DNA of 64,000 nucleotides from Octopus vulgaris. Its lineage: Eukaryota. The notes beneath the pieces were generated by a model. It did no database searches, was not told where the DNA came from, and worked only from the letters and a program-made list of their open reading frames with translations. The stretch spans positions 11,780,001-11,844,000 of the forward strand of contig OX597827.1 of the NCBI GenBank assembly GCA_951406725.2, in the 5' to 3' direction. The translations under genes and the position numbers were made by a program. Shown here in pieces: positions 1-12,654 of this stretch. Position 1 is the stretch's first letter. Each line of letters starts with the position of its first letter.

Positions 1-19
1 TAGAGACAAGACATGGTGA

Positions 20-94
20 ATATCATTATCATTATCATCATCATTATTATTATTATTATAATAATAATTATTATTATTATTATTATCATTATTA

Positions 95-127
<33 letters not shown>

Positions 128-173
128 GTAGTAGTAGTAGTAGTAGTAGTGGCAGTGGTGGTGGTAGTAGTAA

Positions 174-218
<45 letters not shown>

Positions 219-385
219 CAGTGGTAGTAGTAGTAGTAGTAGAAGTAGTATTTTTGTTGTTGGTGGTGGTGGTTGTCTTGGTGGTGGTGGTAGCAGTAGT
301 AGTAGTAGCAGCAGCAGAAGTAGCAGTAGTAGTAGTATTAGGAGAAGGAGGAGGAGGAGGAGGAGGAGGAGGAGGTGGAGGAGGA
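20..385. repeat. Compound trinucleotide microsatellite (ATT/ATC)n-(AGT)n-(GGT)n-(AGG)n
   Basis: Directly visible; explains the poly-I/S/G/R ORFs at 13..522 and 149..403. Confidence 0.95.
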
Positions 386-624
386 AAACCGATGAGCAAG
401 TAAAATTGTTAGAACATCAGACAACATGCTTACTATTATGTCTTCTGACTTTTTTTTACATTCTGAGTGATTTCAAATCCTGCCCACAGTCGACTTTGCC
501 TTTCTTTCTTTGGGAGGGTTAACAAAATAAGTACCAGTCGCGTACTTGGGGTGGTCGATGTTATCAACTAAACCCTTCCTTCTAACATTGTCCAACTTTG
601 TACCATAATTTGAAAGACTTTTGA

Positions 625-1006
625 TGGAAGCACTCCGTCGGTTACGACGACGAGGGTTCCGGTTGATCCGATCAATGGAACAGCCTGCTCATGAAATTAA
701 CGTGTAAGTGGCTGAGCACTCCACAGACACGTGTACCCTTAACGTAGTTCTCGGGGATATTCAGCGTGACACAGAGAGTGACAAGGCCGGCCCTTTGAAA
801 TACAGGTACAACAGAAACAGGAAGAAAGAGTGAGAGAAAGTTGTGGTGAAAGACTACAGCAGGGATCACCACCATCTCCTGCCGGAGCCTCGTGGAGCTT
901 TAGGTGTTTTCGCTCAATAAACACTCACAACGCCCGGTCTGGGAATCGAAACCGCGATCCTACGACCGCGAGTCCGCTGCCCTAACCACTGGGCCATTGC
1001 GCCTCC
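625..1006 (-). mobile_element. SINE family B (tRNA-Arg-like head, OR-type), full length
   Basis: Reverse complement starts GGAGGCGCAATGGCCCAGTGGTTAGGGCAGCGGACTCGCGGTC (A box TGGCCCAGTGG, TCG anticodon-like loop, B box GGTTTCGATTCC); near-identical to 13101-13476 and 23576-23953. Confidence 0.9.
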
Positions 1007-1489
1007 TTGAAAAAGTTATTATGAAGGTCACAAGCTGTCAGAATCATTAGCATCCCACAGAGAATGCTTAGCAACACTTCTTCCGACATGAGGGATGGAG
1101 GATGACATGGCTAGTAGTCTACAGGGGTCAGTGGAGGAGAGAAAAGGCAGGCCTAATGGACTCCTAATTTCATGCTAAATTCATCAGAGAAGTCATTGGC
1201 TACTCTCACTTTAGCTGTTGCATCCCTCTACATAGCTCGAACTGTTGACTAGGGGCCAGTCAAATTCTCGATTGTAGTACTTGATTGGTACTTTATTCTA
1301 TTGCCCCCCAAGGATGACATCTGACCTTGGCAGAATTTGAACTCAGAAACAATAAAAAGCATGAACAAATACTGCAAAGTTTTTTTCTGCTGCTTAAACT
1401 TTCTGTCCAAAAATATGTTATTATCACTAGCACCATGTTAAACCGCTAATGTCATGTGAGATAAAGGAGGAGAGATAAGAGAATGAGAT

Positions 1490-2060
1490 CAAAGACAGAC
1501 TTAGAAATAGTTAGGAATTAATGAGCTAGACAGAGTATGTAGACACCGAAATGAGAGAAAAGGTTAGGAAGGAATATTATAAATGCATTAGATTAATACA
1601 TTAAACAGAGCTAAATGCAAAAACAAAGTAATAGTACTACTATTCTTGCTGTTCTAGTAATAAGTTAGAGTAATAATGTTCTCAACTGGACATTAAATAA
1701 ACTTGCTAGACTAGACAGTGAAAACAAGAAAACTAACAACTGCATTTAGGATTCAATACATGGTATCTGGCATAGAAAGATTATATTTACCAAAAAAATA
1801 AAGGAAGCTAGAGGGCCCACAGTGGCTAGAACATGGTAAGACTATACATATATACGACGGGCTTCTTTCAGTTTCCGCCTACCAAATCCATTCACAAGGC
1901 TTTGGTCGGCCTGAGGCAATAGTAGTAAGACTATACAGTAAGACTATAAAGATATCTAGTAAAGAATAAAGGTTGACTAATACAAATGGCTCTGTCCAAA
2001 GACACGGCAAATTCTTACACCACAGCTTTGCATGCACCAATTCATGCAGCCTGATGAATT
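1490..2060 (+). mobile_element. Degraded R4/Dong-like non-LTR reverse transcriptase fragment (with a small SINE-A piece at ~1848-1924)
   Basis: Manual translation across stops/frameshifts: MREKVRKEYYKCIRLIH*TELNAK..LAVLVIS*SNNVLNWTLNKLARLD..KTRKL..IERLYLP, matching the post-RT thumb region of R4/Dong-type elements. Confidence 0.7.
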
Positions 2061-2984
2061 ATCAGAAATTTGGAGAAGAGAGTTATTAAACTGTGACTGT
2101 AAGATTGAGCACCTTGCTTCCTAACCATATGGTATTTGGTTTAGTTCCGCTGTACAGCACCTTGAGCAAGTGTCTTTTGCTATAGCTGTGGGCTACCCAA
2201 AATTTTGTGAATGGATTTGGGTAACATAAACTGAAAGAAGCCTCTGTGTGTGTGTGTATGTGTGTGTGTATTTGTGTTTGTCCTCCACTACTGCTTAATA
2301 GCTGGTATTTGTTTACATGTTCTTCATGGTTTTGCAAAAGGAACTGATAAAAATAACACCAGGTTTAAAAAACTATGAACCTTCAGGTTGATTTGTTCAA
2401 CAGTATCCCAGCATGGTCACATTCCATTGACTGAAGCAAGTAAAATGATGAGTGCATTATGCCATTGCCCCTGGAAGAATAAAAGTCAAAGTTGACATCA
2501 GCTGGATTTGAACTTAGTATTCATATATAAAGAGTCATTCGAATAACTGTAAGGCAATCTTACAAACATGAGTCCAACACCCTCCACTAATGATGATGAT
2601 GATGATTTCAAATTTTGTCAAAAATTGAAAGCGAAAGATCTGAAATTTTTGGGGAAGAAGCTTGTTGATTACATCGACCCCAGTACTTAACTGGTACTTA
2701 TTTTATTGAACCCAAAATGATGAAAGGCAAAGTCAGCCTTGGCAGAATTTGAACCTAGAATGTAAAGCCAGAAGAAAAGCAGCCAAGCAATTAGTCCAGC
2801 AGTTAATGATTCCACTAGATTGCTGCCTTAATAATAATAATAATGGTTTCAAATTTTGGTGCTAGGCCAGCAATTTTAGGTGAGAGGGTAAGTCAATTAT
2901 ATCAACCCCAGTGATCAACATCCAATACCTATTTTTCTATCTTTGATTACATTGTTTACATCGACATGATGAGTAAGGATAAAG

Positions 2985-3720
2985 ACCCCATTCTGTCCTG
3001 AATGACCATGGGATTGCACCGAGAAAGGTTAGCCTCCAAGGCACAACTTTGAGCAAGGTTACTCTTTTACTCTTTTACTTGTTTCAGTCATTTGACTGCG
3101 GCCATGCTGGAGCACCGCCTTTAGTCGAGCAAATCGACCCCAGGATTTTTTCTTTTGTAAGCCTAGTACTTATTCTATCGGTCTCTTTTGCTGAACCGCT
3201 AAGTTACAGGGACGTAAACATACCAGCATCGGTTGTCAAGCGATGTTGGGGGGACAAACACAGACACACAAACACACACACACACATATATATATACATA
3301 TATACGACGGGCTTCTTTCAGTTTCCGCCTACCAAATCCATTCACAAGGCTTTAGTCGGCCTGAGGCAATAGTAGAAGACACTTGCTCAAGATGCCACGC
3401 AGTGGGACTGAACCCGGAACCATGTGGTTGGTAAGCAAGCTACATACCACACAGCCACTCCTGCGCCTAAGTTTGTTTATAAAAGACTAGCAGTCACTCA
3501 TGCATACCAGCTTCCCCTCTCCATGCCATTGATGTTATCCCAAGGGAAGAGCAAAGGCTGATACAGCTTGGCACCAGTGATGTCACAATTCATTTCTACA
3601 GCTGAATGAACTGGAGCAACATGAAATAAAGTGTCTTGCTCAAGAACACAACATGCAACCTGATCCAAGGAATTGAACTCATTACCTCCTGATTGTGCCC
3701 CTGATGCTCAAACCATACAC
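2985..3720 (-). mobile_element. CORE-type SINE (family G) interrupted by a SINE-A copy
   Basis: 2985-3058 plus 3470-3720 match the uninterrupted copy at 29441-29780; CORE-like TGTTCTTGAGCAAGACACTT on the minus strand. Confidence 0.75.
3059..3468 (-). mobile_element. SINE family A, full length
   Basis: Head GGCGCAGGAGTGGCTGTGTGGTA..GGTTCAGTCCC (A/B boxes), internal (TA)/(TG) tract, tail GACTGAAACAAGT(AAAAGAGT)n. Confidence 0.9.
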
Positions 3721-3725
3721 CTTAA

Positions 3726-3945
3726 CCCTTTCATTACCAACCTGGCTGAAACCGGCTCCAGTTTTGTAGTACAAATGTCTTATTTTCATAAGTTTTGAAT
3801 TAAAATCTTCCACCAAACCTTAGTCACAATTTATGTTCCTAACACTAGCTGAATGATAACTAAGATATTGTACTAAATTCTTTGTTATATTTAAAGTAAT
3901 TGAAAGAAATACAGAGCATCTTAAATAAATGCAGTAACGAAAGGG
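3726..3945. mobile_element. piggyBac-type MITE
   Basis: TTAA on both sides (3722-3725, 3946-3949); TIRs CCCTTTCATTAC / GTAACGAAAGGG. Confidence 0.8.
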
Positions 3946-4138
3946 TTAACATAGGTGTATTTGTTTGCAAAACATAACTTGTAGGGCTGGTTCTGAATTC
4001 TATTGAAAATTTATAGAGATAAACTTAGAAGTAATAATTATTTGTACTTATTCAAATGCTTTCCATATTTGATTACATAAAGGATTCACTGGTATATTAG
4101 GTGTACCCCAGTTTCAACAGTGCATACTGAAGTAAATA

Positions 4139-4340
4139 GTGGATGCGCATAACTTAGTGGTTAGGGTGTTGAACTCATGATCGTAAGGTTGTGGTTTCGA
4201 TTCCTGGACCGGGCGATGCATTGTGTTCTTGAGCAAAACACTTCATTTCATGTTGCTCCAGTCCACTCAGATGGCAAAAATGAGTAATGCTGCGATGGAC
4301 CGGTAACCCATTCATGGAGGAATATGCACAACAGAGAGAC
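4139..4340 (+). mobile_element. CORE-type tRNA SINE, degenerate
   Basis: A/B-box head, TGTGTTCTTGAGCAAAACACTT, GCTGCGATGGAC; similar to 58033-58275. Confidence 0.7.
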
Positions 4341-5789
4341 CAGATAACGAACCCTGTGCTTCTTAATGAGTGATGTGGAGTAACCATATTCAAGAAAATA
4401 AGCTTTTGGTGCATAAAAGCTTATGAGAAGCCTAACTTCACATATAGGACCTTAGGACCTAGGGTGACTTTTTGTAATATTTTCTCAAGGAAAAAGTGTG
4501 TCATATATGCCATCAAATATAGCAATAAAAGCCTTGTTATTTTGGTGCTCAAATGATATTTTGTTTAATTCATAATGCCAATAATATTTCTCTCTCTTGT
4601 ATTGTTTTAGTTGAAACATGATATTAGTAAAAAAAAATTATTATTGTGATAATATTTTGTTTTGTTTTCCTTATTTTCCATAAATTTACTCCGGTTCTAG
4701 ATTTGTTCCAAATGGGAGAAAATAACCATGGAAATATTTGGCATGCATTTGATTTTTAAAAAATGTGCATCCAAAATAAGGTCATTAGAGTTTGTAAGAG
4801 ATAGAAGCTTGCTAAGGGCTAAAAAAAAAAAAACACGAATAATTGATTATGTAGATTAATGCTTGTCAGTAGAATAAAAAAAAAAAAAAAAGAAAGAAGA
4901 AAAAGTAACTACTAGAATTGTAATTAAAGAATGAATCCCCAGTTATTCTGAGTTGCCTCCAAATAATAAAGTATGAACTGAAGTGCTAAGCCTGTTGCAT
5001 GAAAAACATGGAAGATAACAATAAATAATAATTTTGTTTTCTTTGCATCTAATTACAGCATTTTCTCGTCTAATTATTTGTCAGCCAGTAACCAATTGCT
5101 CAAAGGTTGTCAGGTCTGGCCTCCATGAACATTCATAATATGTAAATTGCATATCTTGTGGTAATGAGCTCAGCTGAATCCAATTTAGCAATTTTTATTG
5201 CATTCATTATAAGAAATAATGATATAAAGTTAATTAAAGTCTAAAGGTTAAGGACATAAACAATAATGTTTTCGAAACTAAATTCCTTTCCATGACCATA
5301 AACATAAGAATTGAAGAGCTACCTGTTCTTGGAGGAATAATAAGTGCAGTTGATCTGCATATCTTAACCAGTTCACTGTCAAGTAGCTTTTGAATAATGT
5401 TGGTTTTTAATTTTCTTTCCCCCCCGTGTTATTTTTTTATCTCTGTTATTAATTCACTTTTAAGTTTAACCCATGTAAACAGACATATCTTAAATATGTT
5501 ATGATAATAAATAATAGCATGAAATATCTAATGTTTCTCCTGTCTGTTCGTATGTGATATTGAATATATGGAATGACTAAAGGATGGCATGAAAGGAATG
5601 TAATGGCATATCATGCCACTCCATGAATATATTTATAACTGATAAGTGTCTGCTTAAATATTTTGCTTCTCCAACATGTATTCTAAGCTTACTCTCATTA
5701 TGAGACACCTTAGCCTTGTGTTGACCAATACCATGTGAGTATCATTTGGCAAACGAAATCTGCCATATATATCTATATATACATAACAT

Positions 5790-6003
5790 GTGATCTCTTG
5801 AGCACCACCAGCTCAAATATTTTTTCCTCTGTCTTCCCTTCTTGGGATCTTTCCTTCTCCTTGTTTCCGACGAAGAGCTCCGCTCGAAACGTTAAACCCT
5901 CCTTCCCTTCTTTCCTGAGCGTCAATAATACTTTAATTGTTCCACGTCCTGCGTTGCTGTGTTTTTTTCTCTTTTTTTCTGTGTTTTCTTGTTTGGATTA
6001 ACT
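5790..6003 (+). mobile_element. Family E: ~200-bp Penelope-like non-autonomous element with a hammerhead motif
   Basis: Five copies in the window; ends TTGGATTAACT followed by (TA)n. Confidence 0.7.
5863..5897 (+). ncRNA. Minimal type I hammerhead ribozyme motif (core variant CCGACGA)
   Basis: GTTT-CCGACGA-A-GAGC-TCC-GCTC-GAAAC-GTT-AAAC: stem I GUUU/AAAC, stem II GAGC/GCUC, palindromic AACGTT minimal stem III. Confidence 0.6.
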
Positions 6004-6004
6004 T

Positions 6005-6054
<50 letters not shown>

Positions 6055-6220
6055 AGTTAATCCAAACAAGAAAGCACAAAAAAACACAACAACGCGAGGA
6101 CGTGGAACAAATATAGTATTATTGGACGCTCAGTAAAGAAGGAGGGTTTAACATTTCGAGCGGAGCTCTTCATCGGAAACATAGGAGAAGGAAAGATCCA
6201 GAGAAGGGAAGACAGAGGAA
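6055..6220 (-). mobile_element. Family E copy in inverted orientation (hammerhead motif at 6146-6180, core CCGAUGA)
   Basis: Approximate reverse complement of 5821-6003, separated from it by a (TA)n tract. Confidence 0.7.
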
Positions 6221-7332
6221 ATATATATATTCAGAGAGAGAGAGAGAGACCAGAATTAGCCAAAAGTACAGTTTGCACTTTTTGCTGCAAAAACTGATAA
6301 GGTGAGTTGATAAAGCCATGCAGATTTGTCAAATGATTGTGTGTAGTCTTGTTAGTTGATTTACTGAAACATGTGTTTGTCTTATAAAGGTTAGAATACC
6401 AATTATGTTTTCTGTATTTTTATTAATATTACTACATGGTTTGTATTGCACACACCGGCCTATCCTGTGGACTGATGCCCTCCATCAAACCACTCTAGAT
6501 AAAGGAGTAGAGTGTGGGACTTACTCCTGAGCCCTAGGTTTGTATTGTGCTTTTCAGCACATGCATATGCTGCACAATCTGTCTATCTGTTTATCTGTCT
6601 GTCTGTCTCTCTGTATGTATGTATGAAAGTATGTATAAAGACATACATATACATGTAAATACATACACGCACACTCACATATATACATATATAAATATCT
6701 GTATGTGTGTGTATGCATGTATATGCGTGTAAATTTTTACGTGTATGAACAATGGGGATAGGATAAAAAAAAAAAACCAAGTGCTTTGCAACCAAAGATC
6801 CTTGAGATATTTGTTCTGCTCTGAATTACAGAAACTTTCTTGTCATTCTCAACATCCACAACAATGTAGTGAACTTGTGCTTGACCTGTGCGGGGAAACC
6901 TCTAACCAACTATCTATAACTATTGTTCAGAAATTCTAATATAAAATGAAAAACAAAAAGAAAAAAAAAACAACCAAATCAAAACCAAGACAAATTTTGT
7001 AAAACAGACTATATTTTCAACAAAATAGAGAATATAGATGCTTATTATGTTACAAATTGATATTTACTGAGTAGAAAGTTTATTATACATAAAGGAAGTT
7101 CAAAAAGGAAACAAGAGAAACACAAGTATTCTATTACATAAATGATTATTGTTCGAAACTCTAAGAGAAAAGGACATGATTTCTGGTAACATAAGAATAG
7201 CATTGGTATTTCTATGATAATTTTCTCTCTAATTTTCTTCTTAGTTCATACTTATGTCAGACACACACATGCGCATGCACACATATGCACAAACACATGC
7301 ATATGCTCAAACATACTCTCACAAGCATATAT

Positions 7333-7381
<49 letters not shown>

Positions 7382-7444
7382 CCTTATAATTCTGTTTTGC
7401 TATATAGCAGACGGAACAACAGTCACTCTGTCATCTGAACTTTC

Positions 7445-7452
7445 GTTATTAC

Positions 7453-7519
<67 letters not shown>

Positions 7520-7552
7520 ATTATCATCATCATCATCATTATTATCATCATC

Positions 7553-7617
<65 letters not shown>
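7445..7617. repeat. (ATT/ATC)n microsatellite
   Basis: Directly visible. Confidence 0.95.
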
Positions 7618-7618
<1 letters not shown>

Positions 7619-8165
7619 GAGTGAGAGAGCAGTGCATGCCATCAAAGTGACACTGGGGTAAAATATACGAAGCCTAGTATACCCATCATGACTACCCGTC
7701 TGATAAGAGTACACTAGGCACATGCATCACAACCATATGTGGGCGATATGGTGATCTCATATCAAGATAAACAGCACATGACCTTGCAGGTGGGGCCCAG
7801 TTAACCTTTTCTTCTGGTCGAGTAGCCTATCTGACTCAAAAGGTTCCTGAATAAGGATTAAGGATGTTGAACGAACCACCCATGTTTCCAAAGGTGAATC
7901 CAAACCTCTAAGAATTCCTTTCAACTCACAGCTGTGATGCTGCCCCACTACTTCTGCTCATGATCAGAGATGCACATATCGTCAGAAACTAAGAGACATG
8001 GCCAACTGGTTAATGTTAAACAACTGACAAGCGAATCTGTGGTATTGAGCAAAATATTTGCTGTTGCCCATCTTTTATACCAAGACAAAACAATGTACAT
8101 GATAACACTTCCAATCAGTTAAGATCAGAAGCCATGAGAGCCACTGCCTGGTACTGCATCAGGAC
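7618..8165 (-). mobile_element. Family D repeat (~550 bp, unclassified, probably non-LTR derived) flanked by (TAA)n
   Basis: Second partial copy in the opposite orientation at 30945-31321; both end CTCTCTCACTC(AAT)n. Strand is inferred from this tail. Confidence 0.65.
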
Positions 8166-8193
8166 ATTTATTATTATTATTATTATTATTATT

Positions 8194-8540
8194 AAGGCAG
8201 TGAGCTGACAGAATCATTAGTACACTGGGTAAAATGCTTAACGGTATTTCATCTGTCTTCACATTCTGAGTTTAAATGCTACTGGGGCTGACTTTGCCTT
8301 TCATCCTTTTGGGGTCGATAAATCAAGTAACATTATTTACATTATTTACATTTGATGGATTTTTCTCCTCACCTTGTTTGTTGTTAACACAATGTTCCAT
8401 CAAATGTAAATAATGTAAATAACGTGCACAATTCTTCTTCTCTTAAATATAGAACTGTATAAATCATGTAACAGTTACACACTGAGATTGATTTATCGAC
8501 TGCTCCTCTCCCCCCAAATTTCAGGCCTTGCGCCTATAGG
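8194..8540 (+). mobile_element. SINE family C interrupted by a ~130-bp hairpin insertion (8333-8460)
   Basis: AAGGCAGTGAGCTGACAGAATC..GACTTTGCCTTTCATCCTTT..GGTCGATAAA; insertion flanked by an AAATCA(A/T)GTAACA duplication. Confidence 0.7.
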
Positions 8541-8608
<68 letters not shown>

Positions 8609-8617
8609 CATCATCAT

Positions 8618-8796
8618 TGCCTTTGCACAGCTTCTAACACTGGAGATGTACTATGGTGCCAGCTGTTCACTAACAGTGATCTCAGGTAACACCACTTATT
8701 TTTTGAGTACCTTCCGGAGTATTCAAGCAGTTCCAAGAAGTGCTGTTTTCTGCTTCATCCTTATTGCAGCTTCTATTTGTTCCATGTACTTCTTAA
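8618..8796 (-). mobile_element. 3' end of an R4/Dong-like non-LTR element
   Basis: Translates KKYMEQIEAAIRMKQKTALLGTA*ILRKVLKK*, the QKxALLGTAxILRxVL C-terminal motif of REL-endonuclease R4/Dong elements, followed by a 3' UTR and (AAT)n. Confidence 0.75.
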
Positions 8797-9258
8797 GACT
8801 TTTTTACTCACTATTATTATTATTATTATTATTAAGGTGGCAAGATGGCAGAATCCTTAACATGCCAGGCAAAATGCTTAGCAAAATTTTGCCCATCTAT
8901 ACTAGAAGACACTTGCCCAAGGTGCCACACAGTGGGACTGAACCCGGAACCATGTGGTTGGTAAGCAAGCTACTTACCACACACCCACTCCTTCAAAAAT
9001 TTTGCCAACAACGTTCTTGTTAATGAATAATAAATTTGTATTCTACAAAAATATAGCGCCAGCCATCAAATTAATGTAAATCTGTTTTTATCATTACTGA
9101 ACATAAAAACAAACATGATTATATGTGGGTGTGCGTATGTGTGTGTGAAGACATATACAAATGCTTCTATATACAACCACATAACAATGTGCATATTTTT
9201 TCCTAGTTAACAAAACAGAATTTAACCTCATTAAACATTCAATAGAAATTATTTAATA

Positions 9259-9693
9259 GGCGCAGGAGTGGCTGTGTGGTAAGTAGCTTGCTAACCAGCC
9301 ACATGGTTCCGGGTTCAGTCCCACTGCGTGGCATCTTGGGCAAGTGTCTTCTGCTATAGCCTCAGGCCGACCAATGCCTTGTGAGTGGATTTGGTAGACG
9401 GAAACTGAAAGAAGCCTGTCGTATATATGTATATATATGTGTGTGTGTGTGTGTATGTGTTTGTGTGTATGTGTTTGTGTGTCTGTGTTTGTCTTCCTAG
9501 CATTGCTTGACAACTGATGCTGGTGTGTTTACGTCCCCGTCACTTAGCGGTTCGGCAAAAGAGACCGATAGAATAAGTACTGGGCTTACAAAGAATAAGT
9601 CCCGGGGTCGATTTGCTCGACTAAAGGCGGTGCTCCAGCATGGCCGCAGTCAAATGACTGAAACAAGTAAAAGAGTAAAAGAGTAAGAGTAAA
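9259..9693 (+). mobile_element. SINE family A, full length
   Basis: Same head, body and tail as the other A copies. Confidence 0.9.
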
Positions 9694-9773
9694 CCAAACT
9701 AAATTCTAAAGGCAAACTAGACATTACTTCCACCTTTAAGGATAATCAGGTCACTGTGCCCTAAAATCAGCCA

Positions 9774-10080
9774 TGTGCAGGCACATGGCCAAGTGGTTAG
9801 AGCAGCAGATTCATGGTCGAGGGATCGTGGGTTCGAATCTCAGATTGGGCGATGTGTGTGTGTTTACGAGCGAAACACCTAAGCTCCAAGCGGCTCCGGC
9901 AGAAGGTAATGGCAAAACTTCTGCTGATTCTTTCGCCACAACTTTCTCTCACTCTTTCCTCCTGCATCTTGCAGCTCACCTGCGATGGACTGGCATCCCG
10001 TACAGGTGGGGAACCTATACGCCAAGGAAACCGGGAAACCGGCCCTTATGAGCCAGGCATAGCTTGAGAAGAAACAAACA
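9774..10080 (+). mobile_element. SINE with a B-type head and an alternative tail (CTGCGATGGACTGGC..GAAACCGGGAAACCGGCC)
   Basis: Head like 51554-51741; tail shared with 58033-58275. Confidence 0.75.
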
Positions 10081-10340
10081 AAACAACAAAATCAACCACC
10101 ATTATCAAGAATCGCATCATAGCAGACTATGATAAATAAGTATAAATTTAATAATACAAGCAATCCATTTGAAAGATAACCATTCTTTTTTTCTGACTCT
10201 GAGAATCTTCAGATTATCTACTGCTGTTTTTGAATAGATGTAAGCTCTTTGCAAGCCAAGTCTGCAAACTGATTTTGCTTCCTATTTCCCTACAGAGAGC
10301 TGTACAGTTTTATACCCATATAAGAAATCAATATATATAT

Positions 10341-10645
<305 letters not shown>

Positions 10646-11101
10646 ACACACACACACATAGATAATCTTTTTATTCTTTTACTCGTTTCAGTCATTTGAC
10701 TGCGAACAAGCTTGAGCACTGCCTTAAACAAATCGACCCCAGGGCTTATTTTTTAATCCTAGTACTTATTGTATTGTTCTCTTTTGTTAAACCACTAAGT
10801 TATGGAGACGTAAACACACCAGCACCAGTTGTCAAGCAGTGATGAGAAGACAAGCACAAAAACATACAGCCACACACTCACACTCATATATACATACATA
10901 TATACATGTGTATATATACATATACATAATAATAATATTAGGGAGTAGTGTTTTTACTTACTATATACTGTTTATTTATTATGTACTTTTTTTGATCGAG
11001 ATATATGTTTTATCATATATTTTATTTTTTCTATCTGATATGGTTTATGTCTATCATTGTTTGAATTACACAATAGTGGTTTTTTTCTAATTTATATATA
11101 T

Positions 11102-11171
<70 letters not shown>

Positions 11172-11225
11172 CATAAACATATATATATGTGTGCATGTGA
11201 ATATATATGTAATTATATATATGTG

Positions 11226-11275
<50 letters not shown>

Positions 11276-12038
11276 TATCAATAATACAGTGATTGTTTCT
11301 TATCAGGAACAAAATGTAACCTTTTTTGATATATATATATACATACACATACATACATACATGTATATATATATGTATATATGTATATGTTTATTTATAT
11401 ATGTGTGTGTGTTTGTGTGTGTATGTATATGTATGCACAATGCAATTATACTGATGCTTCTTTTACTAAATGAACCAGCATATATACATTTACATGTATG
11501 TATATAATGTACAACGCAATTATACTTATGTGTCTTTCACAAAATGAACTAACATAGTGATATGTAAAGTAGACTTTATAAATCAATTTACTATTAGATA
11601 TACCTGTATTGTCCATGTAAGGTATCAGATTACCTCACAGTTAAGCAAGTATATATTAAAGATGTATGTAATTTGATTTGGATCTGCTGCTTGTTATGCT
11701 TGTAACTATAGCATAACATTTTATAATTATTGCAATCAATGAAAAAAATTAATGGTAAACACTTCACAATCAATAAGGAATCAGGTAAACTTTTATGAAA
11801 CCTTCAAGTTAACCTTTGAGGCTATAGAGAATTTGGTGGAAAGAAACTGTTGGAAGCCCATATTTATGCATACACACACATGCATATATGTAAAGATATA
11901 TATATATATATTTCGTAATGAGATAAAAAAAACCAAGGCTGTGTATGAACCTGGAACTTAACTACGGTCTATCTATAGGACTTATTCAGCATTACCTGAC
12001 ACCTTAGGGTCTTGATGACATCATTACCTCTCATAACT

Positions 12039-12125
<87 letters not shown>

Positions 12126-12132
12126 TCAAAAT

Positions 12133-12323
12133 GTGACTGTGTGTGCACCGTTGGCGATTTTTTTCCTCCGTCTTCCCTTCTTTGGATCTTTCCTTTTCCT
12201 ATGTTTCTGATGAAGAGCTCTGCTCGAAACATTAAACCCTCCTTCTTTCCAGAGCATCCAATATTATACTTGTTCCACATCCTCGCGTTGTGTTTTCTCT
12301 TTGTGTTTTCATGTTTGGTTAAC
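12133..12323 (+). mobile_element. Family E copy (hammerhead motif 12203-12237 with canonical CUGAUGA)
   Basis: GTTT-CTGATGA-A-GAGC-TCT-GCTC-GAAAC-ATT-AAAC; lies within (TA)n. Confidence 0.7.
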
Positions 12324-12551
12324 TATATGTATGTATTTATATATAATGAGAATATATGCCTCTTAAAGGGATGTTAGCATCCAAGTTCCCCAGTCTAATC
12401 CAGTGTATCAGTGAAATACTAAAGAGATGTTCTCATTGATGCAAATGGGTATATTGTCATTTATGTATAAAATAAGAAAAGAAAATGGAGAGACCAACAG
12501 ACAGACATCAATTTATTAACATATATCCTATTTCAAATAACAACAATTTCC

Positions 12552-12654
12552 TCTAACCTACAATTGTTTCAATGTTTAATTAATTCTAATCTCAAATGAT
12601 TAAATTATAGATGTATTTTGCATATAGTAAATTGAACATTTCATCAGAGTTAGA
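12552..12654 (-). ncRNA. Type I hammerhead ribozyme with a 58-nt stem-II loop
   Basis: Minus strand: UCUAACU-CUGAUGA-AAUGUU-[58 nt]-AACAUU-GAAAC-AAUU-GUA^-GGUUAGA; all core nucleotides canonical, 7-bp stem I, 6-bp stem II, palindromic ACAAUUGU stem III. Confidence 0.75.

Noticed and set aside
13-522. 169-aa ORF, and likewise 14492-15361, 14514-15248 and 47584-48372
   Set aside because: Homopolymeric translations of trinucleotide microsatellites; no domain or splice evidence.
3049-3434. Recurrent similar ORFs (e.g. [27 protein letters not shown]) suggesting a gene family
   Set aside because: They are translations of SINE A copies, with inconsistent frames and stops between copies.
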